A DNA stretch of 64,000 bases from an uncultured Gammaproteobacteria bacterium. GTDB taxonomy: Bacteria; Pseudomonadota; Gammaproteobacteria; CAWCPV01. This document shows, piece by piece, positions 1-13,771 of this stretch. Position 1 is the first letter of the stretch; each line of letters starts with the position of its first letter. The DNA lies in contig CAWCPV010000018.1 of assembly GCA_963797555.1 (NCBI GenBank), forward strand, positions 1-64,000, given 5' to 3'. The translations under genes and the position numbers were made by a program. The notes under the pieces are model-generated. The model was not told where the DNA came from. It did not search any database and saw nothing but the letters and a program-made list of their open reading frames with translations.

Positions 1-307
1 CAGGAGGTCGTCGCGATAGTAGCTATTGCCGCCGTCGATGATGATGTCACCGGCATCCATGCACGCGGCCAGCTCCTCGACCGTCTTGCCGGCCACCGGG
101 CAGGAACCATCACCCAGACCGCGCGTGGTTTGGCCAGCTTCGTGATCAGCTCGTCGATCGAGGCGGCACCCCTCGGACGCCGCTACCCGCGATCTTTTCC
201 ACCGCGGTGGGGTTCACGTCGTAGACGACGCACTGGTGGCCATCCTTCGTCAAGCGCCGCACCAGATTTGCGCCCATACGTCCTAATCCGATCATGCCGA
301 GATGCAT
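1..307 (-). pseudogene. gnd: 6-phosphogluconate dehydrogenase (decarboxylating), N-terminal part, frameshifted, runs off window
   Basis: Manual translation from ATG 307: [32 protein letters not shown]; after a frameshift near 170 it continues [22 protein letters not shown]. Confidence 0.85.
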
Positions 308-2278
308 CGTGAATCTCCTTTCTTACGTTGGCCTGTGTCTAATGCGACTGCCGACCCCGCGTGTACCCAATTGCTTCGGTGGGCTCCCGCGGTTTCATAA
401 CAGGGCGTTAGAGCAGTATTGGATGCGCGGCGTCCGTCCGGCAAAGCAGTCCACTGAATCAAGATGAAGTCTCCAAGAGGGCCACGGCCCGGCGGCATAC
501 GTTGTCGACGGTGAATCCATACTCGCGCATCACAACCTCGCCGGGGGCTGATGCGCCAAAGTGATCCACGGCGAGCACGTCGCCGCGGCTGCCGACATAG
601 CGATACCAACCCTGCGACACACCGGCTTCGACCGCGAGCCTGGCGCCAACCGCCGGCGGCAGCACCGAGTGACGGTATTCCAGAGGCTGGGCATCGAACA
701 GTTCCCAACTCGGCATCGAGACGATGCGCACCTGGATTTTTTCCTCCAGCAATTTCTGTCGCGCCGCCACGATCAGTGCGACCTCGGAGCCGCTGGCGAT
801 GAGAATCAGACGAGGATCGCCGTTCGGTGCATCGGCCAGGATGTATCCGCCGCGCTGTAAGCCATCGGCGGCGCCAAACTGTGCGCGGTCGAGCGTCGGC
901 ACGTCTTGCCGCGTCAACACCAGCGCCACCGGCCGTTCGCGCGTTGCCAGGGCAACGCGCCAGGCGACAGCGGTCTCATTGGCGTCGCCCGGGCGAATGA
1001 CGATCAGGCGTGGAATCGCGCGCAGGTTGGCGAGTTGTTCCACCGGCTGATGCGTGGAACCGTCCTCGCCCAGGGCAATGCTGTCGTGAGTGAACACGTA
1101 GATCACGTGCAATCCCATCAAAGCGGCGAGGCGGATTGGCGGCCGCATGTAATCAGAAAACACCAGAAAGTCGCGCCGAATGGCACGGTCCCCCCGTGCG
1201 CGGCCAGGCCGTTAATGATCGAACCCATCGCATGCTCGCGCACGCCGAAATGCAGATTGCGGCCGGCGTAGGACCAACCGCCGCCGTCGGAACCCTGTTT
1301 GTCGCGGGCAGCCGCGCCGGACGGCTCGAAGTCTCCCAATCCCTTCAGCGCGGTGTGGGTCGACGGATCCAGATCGGCCGAGCCACCGATCAGTGCCGGC
1401 AGCTGCGGCGCAACGGCGTTCATGATCTTGCCCGAGGCGACACGCGTGGCCATGCCTTTGACATCCGCTGAGAACTCGGGGATATCCGCATCCCAGCCGG
1501 CAGGCAATTCGCCGCGCACGAGCTGTTGCAACTCCTGGGCAAGTTCGGGAAAGGCTTGTGCATACGCGGAAAAGTCTGTCGTTCCACGCTGCCTCGGCCC
1601 GCGCGCCGCGCCCGACCGCCTGGAGAAAATGCGCGCGCACCGGTTCCGGAATGTAGAAACGGCGGCTCCGTCGGCCAGCCCAGGTTCTCTTTGGTCAACC
1701 GCACCTCTTCCACGCCCAGCGGTGAACCGTGCGCTTCGAACGTGTCCTGTTTGTGCGGTGAGCCAAACCCAAGGTGGGTACGCAACAGAATCAGGGACGG
1801 TCGCTGCGTTTCAGCGCGTGCGCCTTCCAGCGCGCTGCTCGATCGCTGCCAGGTCGTTTCCGTCCGTCACCGCCTGCGTATGCCAGCCATACGCCTCGAA
1901 GCGACGCGCGCAGTCCTCGGTGAAGGTGATGGCGGTGCCGGCGGAGAGCGTGACGTGATTGTTGTCGTAGAGATAGATCAGTTTACCGAGCTGCAAGTGA
2001 CCGGCGAGCGAGGCCGCCTCCGACGCGATGCCTTCCATGAGGTCGCCGTCGCTGACGATACCGTAGGTATGATGATCGACGACCTTGAAGCCGGGGCGGT
2101 TGTAGCGCGCCGCCAGGTGCGCCTCCGCGATCGCCATGCCCACGCCATTGCCAAAGCCCTGGCCCAGGGGCCCGGTGGTGGTCTCGACACCTGGCGTGAG
2201 GCCGCGCTCCGGGTGTCCCGGAGTCATGCTGCCCCATTGGCGGAACTGCTTGATCTGGTCCAGCGGCAAGGCATAACC

Positions 2279-3693
2279 CATCCCATTACACACAACTTGA
2301 TGACAATCGTGTAACATCCTGACATAACGTCACAAGATGGGGTGTCGGGATGAGCTGGGCGGCGGAGGAATTTAGGGGCATCGATTTGGGCGACAAGCGG
2401 CTGGGCAAGCGGGCCGTGTTGCTTGCCGAGCGGCTGGCGGAGAAGCCGAGCGCGAGCATTCCCGGAGCGTGTGGGGGCTGGGCCGAGACCCAGGGAGCTT
2501 ACCGGTTTTTTGCCCACGACGAGATGGACTGGCGGGACATCCTGGAGCCGCACTGGCAGTGTTCTGCGGCCCGGATGCGGGAGCACGAAATCGTGCTGTG
2601 CATCCAAGACACCACGGAGGTGGACTTCAACGGGCAGGACATCGCTGGCCTGGGGCCGTTGAGCTATGAGGCGCAACGCGGTATGTACCTGCATCCGACG
2701 TATGCCGTGACGCTCGCGCGCGAGCCCTTGGGCGTGCTGGATGCGTGGATGTGGGCACGCGAGCCGAAGGACGCCGAAGGCCCTCGGGGAGGTGTTCTGG
2801 AAAGCACCCGCTGGGTGGAGGGCTATGAGCGCATGGCAGAGCTGGCGTCCGAACTTCCACAGACCCGCCTGGTGTATGTAGCCGACCGGGAGGCTGACAT
2901 CGTAGCCCTGATGGCCAAAGCGCGCGACCTGGGGCAGCCGGCCGACTGGTTGGTCCGCTCCCGGCACAACCGTGCGCTGCCCGAGGGCGGCAAGCTGTGG
3001 GAGGAGGTGACCCGAGGCGAATGCCTGGGCGGGATACGCTTCACGATGCCGTCGCGCCACGGACAAAAAGCGCGGCAAGTCTGCCAACAGGTGTGGGCGA
3101 GGCGTGTGAAGCTCTCCGACGGCAAGGGGGGTCGGTTGGAGGCCACCTGCATCGTGGCCCGGGAAGTGGACGCGCCAGCAGGCGTGAAGCCCGTCGAATG
3201 GCGCCTGCTCACCAACCGTGAGGCCGCCAGCTTGGAGGCGGCGGCCGAGCTCATCGACTGGTATCGCGCCCGCTGGGAGATTGAACTCTTCTTCCACGTG
3301 CTGAAGAACGCCTGCCGCGTGGAGGCGTTGCAGCTCAGCACCATGGAACGCCTGGAACGGGCGCTGGCGCTATTCATGGTGGTCGCCTGGCGCATCGCCC
3401 GGCTGATGCGCCTGGGGCGCACCTGTCCGGACTTGGAGGCCGAGTGGTTGTTCGAGCGCGAGGAGTGGGAGGCAGCCTTCCTCCTGAACAAGAAACGCCC
3501 ACCGAAGACGCCACCCCGACTGAACCAAGTGGTGCATCTCATCGCCAGGCTCGGCGGCTTCCTGGGGCGCAAGGGCGACGGCGAGCCCGGCGTGAAAACC
3601 CTCTGGCAAGGGCTCACGCGCGTCATGGACTTCGCGGCAGGACTGCACTACGCGCGTGAGGCTCAAGTCCTTTGAGTTGTGTGTAATGGGATG
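2279..3693 (+). mobile_element. IS4-family (IS50/Tn5-like) insertion sequence inside tkt
   Basis: IRs CATCCCATTACACACAACT / AGTTGTGTGTAATGGGATG; 9-bp TSD GGCATAACC at 2270-2278 and 3694-3702. Confidence 0.95.
2350..3675 (+). CDS. IS4-family DDE transposase (intact)
   Basis: [47 protein letters not shown] motifs. Confidence 0.95.
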   Translation: MSWAAEEFRGIDLGDKRLGKRAVLLAERLAEKPSASIPGACGGWAETQGAYRFFAHDEMDWRDILEPHWQCSAARMREHEIVLCIQDTTEVDFNGQDIAGLGPLSYEAQRGMYLHPTYAVTLAREPLGVLDAWMWAREPKDAEGPRGGVLESTRWVEGYERMAELASELPQTRLVYVADREADIVALMAKARDLGQPADWLVRSRHNRALPEGGKLWEEVTRGECLGGIRFTMPSRHGQKARQVCQQVWARRVKLSDGKGGRLEATCIVAREVDAPAGVKPVEWRLLTNREAASLEAAAELIDWYRARWEIELFFHVLKNACRVEALQLSTMERLERALALFMVVAWRIARLMRLGRTCPDLEAEWLFEREEWEAAFLLNKKRPPKTPPRLNQVVHLIARLGGFLGRKGDGEPGVKTLWQGLTRVMDFAAGLHYAREAQVL

Positions 3694-4129
3694 GGCATAA
3701 CCGGTAACGTGGAGCAGGCTGTAAAGCAGCATCGATCCGTGCCCGGCGGAAAGAACAAAACGATCACGATCGAACCAGTCGGGGTTGCCCGGATGGTGTT
3801 TGAAAAAGCGCATCCACAACACATAGGCCATCGCCGCGGCGCCTAGCGGCAAGCCCGGATGCCCGCTGTTCGCTTTTTGCACGGCATCAACCGAGAGGAA
3901 ACGCAGGGTGTTGATGCAGAGCTCGTCCAAAGAAGTAGCAGGGATTGCGGTCGAAGGCTCGGGACTCATCAGAGATTTCCTTGTCTTATCAGCACGAAGC
4001 CGATTGTCTGCGCAGTTGCAATCAACATTTGAGACCGTGCTGCGAGCCGACAGTTCCACCGGCGATGATGCGCAATGCCTGTATAGCGATCGCATCAATC
4101 CACTTCAAAGTAGTGAGCCGCGCCGCCGA

Positions 4130-4290
4130 ATCATACGGCGGAGCGTCTTTCACTGCTTGCCGAGTCGAATTGATCGAGAGAGTGGCGCCGGGGCGGCGCT
4201 CGTCCTGGATCCATTGCCGCCGGATGAGCACTTGGTGACCGATCCACCAGTTGCTCGTGTCCACAATATATTTGGCATCACGCATTCTTG
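4130..4290 (-). pseudogene. PRC-barrel domain protein remnant
   Basis: YIVDTSNWWIGHQVLI...STRQAVKDAPPYD fragment. Confidence 0.5.
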
Positions 4291-4617
4291 ATTTCCGACG
4301 ATCGAGAACCGGACGCGGAATAATCAGGAATAATTCAACCACAAGCAGATGCGCCTGTATGTACGATGACGAACACAGAGTGCAAGTGGCGCCGGTTCAA
4401 TGCCATTGCGATTGAGCACATCGGAAGCAACCGAGCCGCGCCCCACCTTATGGCAGCCTTATGGCCAAGGTCAAGCAGCGCACTTTGAGTCCCCGCAAGT
4501 CACAGCCCCAATTGTCCAGCGCCATGCGCACGACCAACTTCGAGATCTCGCGCATTATCCCTGGCGGCCTCGCCCGCGTTCTGCGCATCGATAACTGCGC
4601 ATGCGGCGTCGTATAGG

Positions 4618-5175
4618 TTACTTCTGACCCGCCCCGTTCACGGATGCCTCCGGCCAATTCCGGACTTGCTGCCAAGTCTGCTGTACTGCAGGTGGTAGCT
4701 TGTTCATGTGCTTCAGGAACAGCGCGAGCGTCCAGATCTCCCGGTCGCTGAGGGTGTATCCGAACGAAGGCATGCCGGTCAGGCGAATACCGTGCTTGAT
4801 CTTCCAGAACGAATCACCCTCCGGGTCGTCCTCAACCCCCTCGGTCGCCAATTGCGGCGGCTTTTGATAAAGGCCTTTCGCAATTGGCGATGACGACGCA
4901 TCCCCCTTCGCGGAACCATGGCAAACCGCGCAGTTCTGCGCGAAAAGATGAACGCCTTCGAGGAGGTTCTGCTCGGTCAGCGCCACCGGATTTTGGCCCG
5001 TTGGGGCGTCGCGACCTAGTGTCGCATCCAGCGAAGTACGGGCCATCCAGGTTTCCAGCCAACCGGGTTTCGCATCGGCGTTGGCGGGAATAAGCCCGCT
5101 TCGCACCAGCGCGTACGCGCCGATCAGCGCAACGGCAAGCGTCAATGCGACTCCCGCAACTATACCTTTCAACAT
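4618..5175 (-). CDS. c-type cytochrome, membrane-anchored
   Basis: N-terminal TM helix, CAVCH heme motif, WKIKHGIRLTGMPSF. Confidence 0.9.
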   Translation of the reverse strand: MLKGIVAGVALTLAVALIGAYALVRSGLIPANADAKPGWLETWMARTSLDATLGRDAPTGQNPVALTEQNLLEGVHLFAQNCAVCHGSAKGDASSSPIAKGLYQKPPQLATEGVEDDPEGDSFWKIKHGIRLTGMPSFGYTLSDREIWTLALFLKHMNKLPPAVQQTWQQVRNWPEASVNGAGQK

Positions 5176-5298
5176 AACACCTCCTCATTCCGCGGCAGCA
5201 CACCGCCGATATCCATAAACAACGTCGTGTTCCCCATCGCTCTTTTCATTCGGTTTCGGTCAACGCTTTCTGCCACCTTTGACAGTTCGCTTATCGAA

Positions 5299-6813
5299 GG
5301 TTCTTACCGGAATCGTGTGGGTAGATATGCTTACGCTGCGGCAGCCTCTGCCTGAGGTCTGACACAAGATCGTGTGTTGAACGGCAAGGCCGGCAAGTGG
5401 GCCAGGTTGCCCGCGATGAGGTAGGCGATGGTGATGAGCGAGCGCGTGGTGCGGTAGCCTCGGGCGCGGGCTTTGGCAGCCTGGATGAGGGAGTTGATGC
5501 CCTCGGCGCGGCCGTTGGTGAGGCCGGAGTGGAATGCGGCGAGCACGCCGTCCCAGTGCTCTTTCAGGGTAGTGGCGAGGCGTTTCATGGGCTGCAGGCG
5601 GCTACGCCGTGCCCAGCTATACCAGCGCCCGAGGGCGCTCTCGGCCTGCTCGAGGGTGCTGGCCGTGGCGTAGATATCGCGCAGCGCCTCCTTGAGGCGC
5701 CAGGCACGGGCGGTCTTGAGCCGGGCGCGGGAGAGCCAGTGGAAGTCGGTGAGCTGCTCCCAGGTCCAGTCGTGGGCGTCTTTGAGCCAGGTCCAGCGGG
5801 TGCCCCTGAGGGCGGGCTCGGTCTTGACCTCCTCGCGGCGCACTGTATCGACGGCCTGGTTGGCGAGCTGGATGACATGGAAGGCATCGAAGCTCACCGT
5901 GGCTTTAGGCAGATGCTTGGTCACCCCGGCGAGATAAGCGGCGGACAGGTCGATGCACACCTGCTCGATGGCCTGCGGGTCGCCCCCGTGCGCCTGGAGG
6001 TCGGCGGCAAAGGCCGCCACGGTGCTCTGGTCGCGGCCCTCGCAGGCGAACAGCAGGCGTTTGCCCGTGAGGTCATGGAACAGGCTGATGTAGTGCTGCC
6101 CACGCCGGGCGGCGGTCTCGTCCAGGCCCACGGCGCGCACCGGGGAGTGGTCCTCCTGGGCGCGGGCCGCCTCCACGTAGTGCTCGAGCACCCCCCACAG
6201 GCGCTCATCGCCCACGCCCAGGTGCCGGGCGACGGTCGCCACCGGCATCGCCTGGCACAGCGTCACCACCAGTGCCTCCATCAGCGCGGTGAAGCCACTG
6301 TGTGCGCGCGCCCACGGCGGCTCGACCTGAGTCGTCTTGCCGCAGCTCTCACAGCGCACTCGCGGCAGATGCGCGTGCAGGTCTGCCCGTGACTTAAAGA
6401 AGCTCAGGTGCTGCCAGCTGCGCTTGCGGGTATCATGCACCGGCTGGCCTGGCACTCCGCACGCCGGGCAGGCGAAGCGGCTCCCCTTGGCAAAGGCCAC
6501 CTCGAGGTCGATGCGCCCAGCCTCGGGGTCAAAGCGTACGCCGGTGACTTCCCAAGGCGCCGTGAGGCCCAGTGCCGTCGTGAATAGATGCGTTGGCTCC
6601 ATGGCGCTCCCCCCTTGATGGCCTGTGGATTTGTGGACGAGTCCTGCGGAGCGGCCCGCGTCCCAAGGACCGTGTGGACAACCTCCCGGTTGCCCACACT
6701 CGCGGGCCTCTCGCCCACAACCCCACAGGCCCAACCACAAGATGTTGTGATAGACGATTGCTCAGAACGGATGCTACTCGACCACCACGATCCACACAAT
6801 TACCGAAAGAGCC
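5299..6813 (-). mobile_element. ISL3-family insertion sequence, copy 1
   Basis: Ends GGTTCTTACCGGAATCGTGTGG / CCACACAATTACCGAAAGAGCC; 8-bp TSD TTATCGAA at 5291-5298 and 6814-6821. Confidence 0.93.
5331..6602 (-). CDS. ISL3 transposase (intact)
   Basis: CPAC and CESC zinc finger, GLDET, IDLS, FDAFHV, TNGRAEGINS, ARGYR. Confidence 0.93.
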   Translation of the reverse strand: MEPTHLFTTALGLTAPWEVTGVRFDPEAGRIDLEVAFAKGSRFACPACGVPGQPVHDTRKRSWQHLSFFKSRADLHAHLPRVRCESCGKTTQVEPPWARAHSGFTALMEALVVTLCQAMPVATVARHLGVGDERLWGVLEHYVEAARAQEDHSPVRAVGLDETAARRGQHYISLFHDLTGKRLLFACEGRDQSTVAAFAADLQAHGGDPQAIEQVCIDLSAAYLAGVTKHLPKATVSFDAFHVIQLANQAVDTVRREEVKTEPALRGTRWTWLKDAHDWTWEQLTDFHWLSRARLKTARAWRLKEALRDIYATASTLEQAESALGRWYSWARRSRLQPMKRLATTLKEHWDGVLAAFHSGLTNGRAEGINSLIQAAKARARGYRTTRSLITIAYLIAGNLAHLPALPFNTRSCVRPQAEAAAA

Positions 6814-6848
6814 TTATCGAACCAGCAGTATGACGCTGGATCGTGGAC

Positions 6849-8922
<2,074 letters not shown>

Positions 8923-8959
8923 GGTGCGGGTGTTCAGGCGTCTTCATGCTCGTATTGAA

Positions 8960-11506
8960 TCATCGCTGCCACAGGATTCGCGCATCTTCGAGGGGAACCG
9001 CCACGCCGTCGCGGTGCGGTACGAGTCGCACCGTATAGTCTGTCGCCGGGCGGGCCGCAGGCACAGCTGCACGATAGGCGTAACCGTTTATGGCGCCCAC
9101 CAGTTGCCGAATGCGCTTCATCTCCACCCGCTCCGGCGCGGCACCGTTAACGCCATTGGCATACAGCTCGATCCGCACCACCACCGGGTCAAGGTCATCC
9201 AGGTACACCTGCACTTCAAATACGTGTTGCCCGCCATCGGTTTCCAGCTTCAATTCGCCGAAACGTAATGCAGTCCATTGTTGATCCAGCGCATGCCGCC
9301 AGTTAACCAACTCCACGCCGATCGCACCTTTGTCGACAGCCCGCGCAAGGCACGCGGAGGCCGCCGGGAGGTAGTGTTGCTCAGTGTATTCGCACACCGC
9401 GCGGTTGGTGGAGAAATGCGGTGTCAATCGCGCCATGCTTTCGCGCATTCGGGCCACCCAGGCCGTGGGAACGCCTTGCTCGTCGCGCGTATAGAATTCG
9501 GGAATCACTTCGCGTTCGAGCAGGTCATAGAGGGCTTGCGCTTCGGCTGCGTCCCAGGCGGGATCGTGATCATGCTCCAGACCATCCCCCAACGCCCAGC
9601 CGACTTCCGGCGTGTAGGCTTCCGCCCACCACCCGTCCAATTCCGACAGATTGATGCCGCCATTGACCAGCACCTTCATGCCGCTGGTTCCACACGCTTC
9701 CCAGGGACGTTCGGGCGTGTTGATCCAGACATCCACTCCCTGCACCAACTGCTCGGTCAAATGCATGTCGTAATCACTGAGGAAGATCGCATGGGGGCGC
9801 ACCTCGGGCCGCCGAATGAAATGCGTCCACTGCTGAATCAGGGCCTGCCCTGCCAGGTCTGCGGGATGGGCCTTGCCGGCCATGATGAGCTGTACCGGGC
9901 GTTGCGGATTAGACAACAGGCGCAGCAGTCGTTCCGGGTCGTGGAGCAGCAGATTCGGTCTCTTGTAGCTTGCAAAGCGGCGGGCAAAGCCCAGCGTCAA
10001 CGTATTGCAATCAAACAGATGCTTCGCAGCATCGACCGCCTCGGGGGACGCGCCGGCGGCAGCCAGTTGCCCGGACAATCGTTCACGAATGTAGTCAACG
10101 AACGTCCGGCTGGCAGCGGTGCGAAATTGCCAGAGCTTGGTGTCGGAGACGCGGCGCATGTCCTGTTCCAGGGTTTCTGTTGCACCCAGCCAACGATCCT
10201 TGCCGCAGGTCTCCGTCCAAAGATCGTCGGCCGCCGCCGAATCCCAGGTCGGCATATGGACGCCGTTGGTCACGTGTCCGACGGGCACTTCGTCCGCCGG
10301 CCAGTGCGGAAAGAGATGCTCAAAGAGATGCCGGCTGACCTTCCCATGCAGGCGACTCACGCCGTTCACTGCGCCGCTGCCCCGGATCGCCAGATAGGCC
10401 ATGTTGAAAGGTTCCGACGAATCGTTCGGGTTCTGGCGGCCCAAGGCCAGCAAGTCGGGGACGGTTATGCCGAGCTTCCGTTCGGCATAACCACCGAGGT
10501 ATTGCTCGATGAGCGCCGGAGCGAAACGGTCGAATCCGGCGGCCACCGCCGTGTGGGTGGTGAAGAGGTTCCCCGCCCGGGTGACGGCCAGTGCGACCTC
10601 AAAGGGCTGCCCGTTCTCTTGCATGAAACTGCGGGCGCGTTCCAACACCGCGAACGCCGCATGCCCTTCGTTCAAGTGGCAGACTTCCGGCTGGATGCCG
10701 AGTGCGGCGAGCAATCGCCATCCGCCGATTCCGAGCAGCAGTTCCTGCTCGAGGCGCAGCTCCGGCCCACCTCCATAAAGCTCGCTGGTAATGCCTCGAT
10801 GCGCGGGGTAATTCGCTGCGTCATTGCTGTCCAGCAGGTACAGCTTCACGCGGCCGACCTGAACCTGCCAGGCGCGCAGCCAGACCGAGTAACCGGGCAA
10901 GGCGATCTCCAACCGCAACCATTCGCCGTTCGATTGGCGCAAAGGCGTGATCGGCAACTGTCCGGGGTCGTTGTAGGGGAAGAGGGCCTGTTGCGCGCCA
11001 TTCTTGTCGATCACCTGGCGAAAATAGCCCTGCTGGTAGAGCAGCCCCACGCCGATGACCGGAACGCCCAAATCGCTGGCGGCCTTGAGTTGATCGCCGG
11101 CCACGTTCCCGAGCCCGCCCGAGTATATGGGCAAGGCTTCGCTCAACATGAATTCCATACTGAAATACGCGACACAGCTTAGCTGCGATTGCGGGTAGGT
11201 TTGCTGAAACCACGCGGGCGCCTCCGCAGCATCCCGCCTGGCTTGCACCAGGTCGTCAACGTTCTGGCGGAAAGCGGGTTGCGCTAAAACACGCTGGAGT
11301 TTCTCCCGCGAGACCGTCTGCAGGACGACCCAGGGGTTATGCGTGAGCTCCCACAGCACGGTATCCAGCTGCCGCCACACCTGGTCGGTGGCATGATTCC
11401 ATGTCCAGCGCATATCGAGGGCAAGCTCGGCCAGGGAATCGAATCCCTCTACGTCCCTGGGTAAGAGAAGCTCCTTCGGGTGGCTATTTCGTGTTTGTTC
11501 GCCCAT
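8960..11506 (-). CDS. glgP: Alpha-glucan (glycogen/starch) phosphorylase
   Basis: 848 aa; YFSMEF, YSGGLG, HLNEGH, FARRFASYKR, EACGTSGMK PLP motif. Confidence 0.95.
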   Translation of the reverse strand: MGEQTRNSHPKELLLPRDVEGFDSLAELALDMRWTWNHATDQVWRQLDTVLWELTHNPWVVLQTVSREKLQRVLAQPAFRQNVDDLVQARRDAAEAPAWFQQTYPQSQLSCVAYFSMEFMLSEALPIYSGGLGNVAGDQLKAASDLGVPVIGVGLLYQQGYFRQVIDKNGAQQALFPYNDPGQLPITPLRQSNGEWLRLEIALPGYSVWLRAWQVQVGRVKLYLLDSNDAANYPAHRGITSELYGGGPELRLEQELLLGIGGWRLLAALGIQPEVCHLNEGHAAFAVLERARSFMQENGQPFEVALAVTRAGNLFTTHTAVAAGFDRFAPALIEQYLGGYAERKLGITVPDLLALGRQNPNDSSEPFNMAYLAIRGSGAVNGVSRLHGKVSRHLFEHLFPHWPADEVPVGHVTNGVHMPTWDSAAADDLWTETCGKDRWLGATETLEQDMRRVSDTKLWQFRTAASRTFVDYIRERLSGQLAAAGASPEAVDAAKHLFDCNTLTLGFARRFASYKRPNLLLHDPERLLRLLSNPQRPVQLIMAGKAHPADLAGQALIQQWTHFIRRPEVRPHAIFLSDYDMHLTEQLVQGVDVWINTPERPWEACGTSGMKVLVNGGINLSELDGWWAEAYTPEVGWALGDGLEHDHDPAWDAAEAQALYDLLEREVIPEFYTRDEQGVPTAWVARMRESMARLTPHFSTNRAVCEYTEQHYLPAASACLARAVDKGAIGVELVNWRHALDQQWTALRFGELKLETDGGQHVFEVQVYLDDLDPVVVRIELYANGVNGAAPERVEMKRIRQLVGAINGYAYRAAVPAARPATDYTVRLVPHRDGVAVPLEDARILWQR

Positions 11507-11544
11507 TGCCTCTCCTTCAAATTTGTCGTGGACACAGTCTCCGA

Positions 11545-13196
11545 CTAATGTGTGGGCGCCGCCAGCGCAGCGCCGACGATGGTCTGTGCTTCCTCCAGGA
11601 TGCGGCGCAGATGATTCGCTCCACGGAAGCTCTCCGCATAGATCTTGTAGATGTCTTCAGGGCCGGACGGGCGCGCCGCAAACCATCCGCTCTCGGTAAT
11701 CACCTTCAACCCGCCGATGGGCGCGTCGTTGCCCGGCGAGTGGGTGAGGATGGTCTGGATTGTTTCGCCAGCCAGCTCCGCGGACGGTATCTGCTGGGGT
11801 GTAAGTTGCGCCAGCCTTTGTTTTTGCTCCGGAGTCGCGGGCGCCTCAACCCGATCGTAAACGGGTTCGCTGAACTCGCGCGCAAGCTCACGATAGATTT
11901 CGCCCGGATCGCGGCCCATGCGCGCGGTAATCTCCGCCGACAGCAAAGCCGGGGCAATGCCGTCCTTGTCTGTCGTCCAGACGCTGCCATCCAGACGGAC
12001 AAAAGCCGCACCCGCACTCTCTTCCCCGCAAAGCCGAGCGAGCCGTCGAGCAGGCCGTCGACGAACCACTTGAAACCGACCGGCACTTCGTAGAGCTTGC
12101 GGCCGAGCTTCGCGGTGACGCGATCGATCATCTGGCTGCTAACCACCGTCTTGGCGGCCGCTGCCGACTTGATCCACTTCGGCCGATGCTGGAAGAGGTA
12201 GAAAATGGCGACCGCAAGGTAATGGTTGGGCGGCAGCAGGCCCGCCTTCCCGGTGACGATCCCGTGCCGGTCGTGGTCGGTGTCGCAGGCGAACGCGATG
12301 TCGAAGCGGTCCTTGAGGTCGATCAGGCTCTGCATGGCGTAGGGCGAGGACGGATCCATGCGAATCTGACCGTCCCAATCGACCGTCATGAAGCGGAAGG
12401 TCGGATCGACGACGTCGTTCACGACCGTGAGATTCAAGCCATAGCGCTCGGCAATCGGGCCCCAATAGTGAACGCCAGCGCCGCCGAGCGGATCCACGCC
12501 CATGCGGATGTTCGCGCCGCGAATTGCCTCCATATCGAGCACGCTGCCGAGATCGCTCACGTAAGCATCGAGAAAGTCGTGCCGATGCGTGGTGGGGGCG
12601 CGCAGTGCCTTCTCGTGAGGAATTCTATTCACGCCCTGGAGGCCGGTTTCCAGAAGCGCATTGGCCCTGGCTTCGATCCACTTCGTGACGTCGTTATCCG
12701 CCGGCCCGCCGCTGGGCGGGTTGTACTTGAAGCCGCCGTTGTCGGGCGGATTGTGCGAAGGCGTGATGACGATGCCGTCCGCAATGCCTGCAGTGCGCCC
12801 GCGGTTGTAAGTGAGTATTGCGTGAGAAACCGCGGGAGTGGGCGTGTATTCGTCGTGCTCCGCGAGCATGACATCCACGCCGTTGGCCGCCAGCACTTCG
12901 AGCGCGCTGGCACAAGCCGGCACGGACAGCGCGTGCGTGTCGATACCGAGGAACAGCGGGCCGCCTACGCCCTGCGGCTTGCGGTAATCGCAGATGGCCT
13001 GACTGATGGCCAGGACGTGCCATTCGTTGAAAGTGCGTTCGAAGGAGGAACCACGATGTCCCGAGGTGCCAAATGCGACCCTTTGTCCGGGCACGGAAGT
13101 GTCGGGCGTATTGCTGTAGTAGGCTGTGACGAGTCTGGGCACATTGACCAGCATCGCCGGCTGGGCGGGCTTACCCGCAAATGGACTTATCTTCAT
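11545..13196 (-). pseudogene. pgm: Phosphoglucomutase, one frameshift near 12025
   Basis: [29 protein letters not shown]; C-terminus GEESAGA...WFAARPSG is in another frame. Confidence 0.92.
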
Positions 13197-13489
13197 TTCC
13201 ACATTACGTTAGCGTCTGCCTTCGCTGCGGCAGCAAGAAGATTAATGAGAGGCAGCGCCCGATTACTCATGCTTACCACTGTCTCATCCGCACCCTTGTC
13301 CACAACTGGAGACGAGGCTTTTTCTGCCTCGATAACGGCTGTTAACCGACTCAGGGCTGCAGGAACATCTGCCGCCAGAATCGCGCCGGGTACGGTGGCG
13401 CTGTGTCCCATCATTTTCAGAATGGCAAGCGCGACATTCCCAAACATGGCGATGTCGGCATAGGCTTCGGTAGTAAAAGTCACCAGCAT
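13193..13489 (-). CDS. DUF1840-family small protein
   Basis: [31 protein letters not shown]...RALPLI.LL..A...VMW pattern; ATGA overlap with pgm. Confidence 0.8.
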   Translation of the reverse strand: MLVTFTTEAYADIAMFGNVALAILKMMGHSATVPGAILAADVPAALSRLTAVIEAEKASSPVVDKGADETVVSMSNRALPLINLLAAAAKADANVMWK

Positions 13490-13771
13490 GCAGTTCTCCT
13501 CATTGCGCAAGTCAGTCAATGCCATATTGCGTACGGCGATTAACCTTACAGATAAATCTGGCCGACCGACAGATAATTGGCGGGGCGCCAGCAGGCATCC
13601 ATCTTGTGGAGCAATTCCGGTGAGAGTGTTCTGGTTCCCATAGTCTAAGTCCCTCGAATTGAGCCGAGATTGAGAACGCGGGTGACGGACCTATTCACGC
13701 AATCTGAATCTTTCGTTCCGTCAGCCGGTAACTGCCCTCGGTCGTCACCGCCAACGCGACCATCCCTGCTA

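Larger units (their letters stand above)
459..3969 (-). pseudogene. tkt: Transketolase, split by an IS4-family element and several frameshifts
   Basis: [72 protein letters not shown] motifs spread over several ORFs. Confidence 0.93.

Noticed and set aside
9278-11182. Long antisense ORFs (also 43421-45133 and 59071-60675)
   Set aside because: Shadows of real genes on the opposite strand, expected at high GC.
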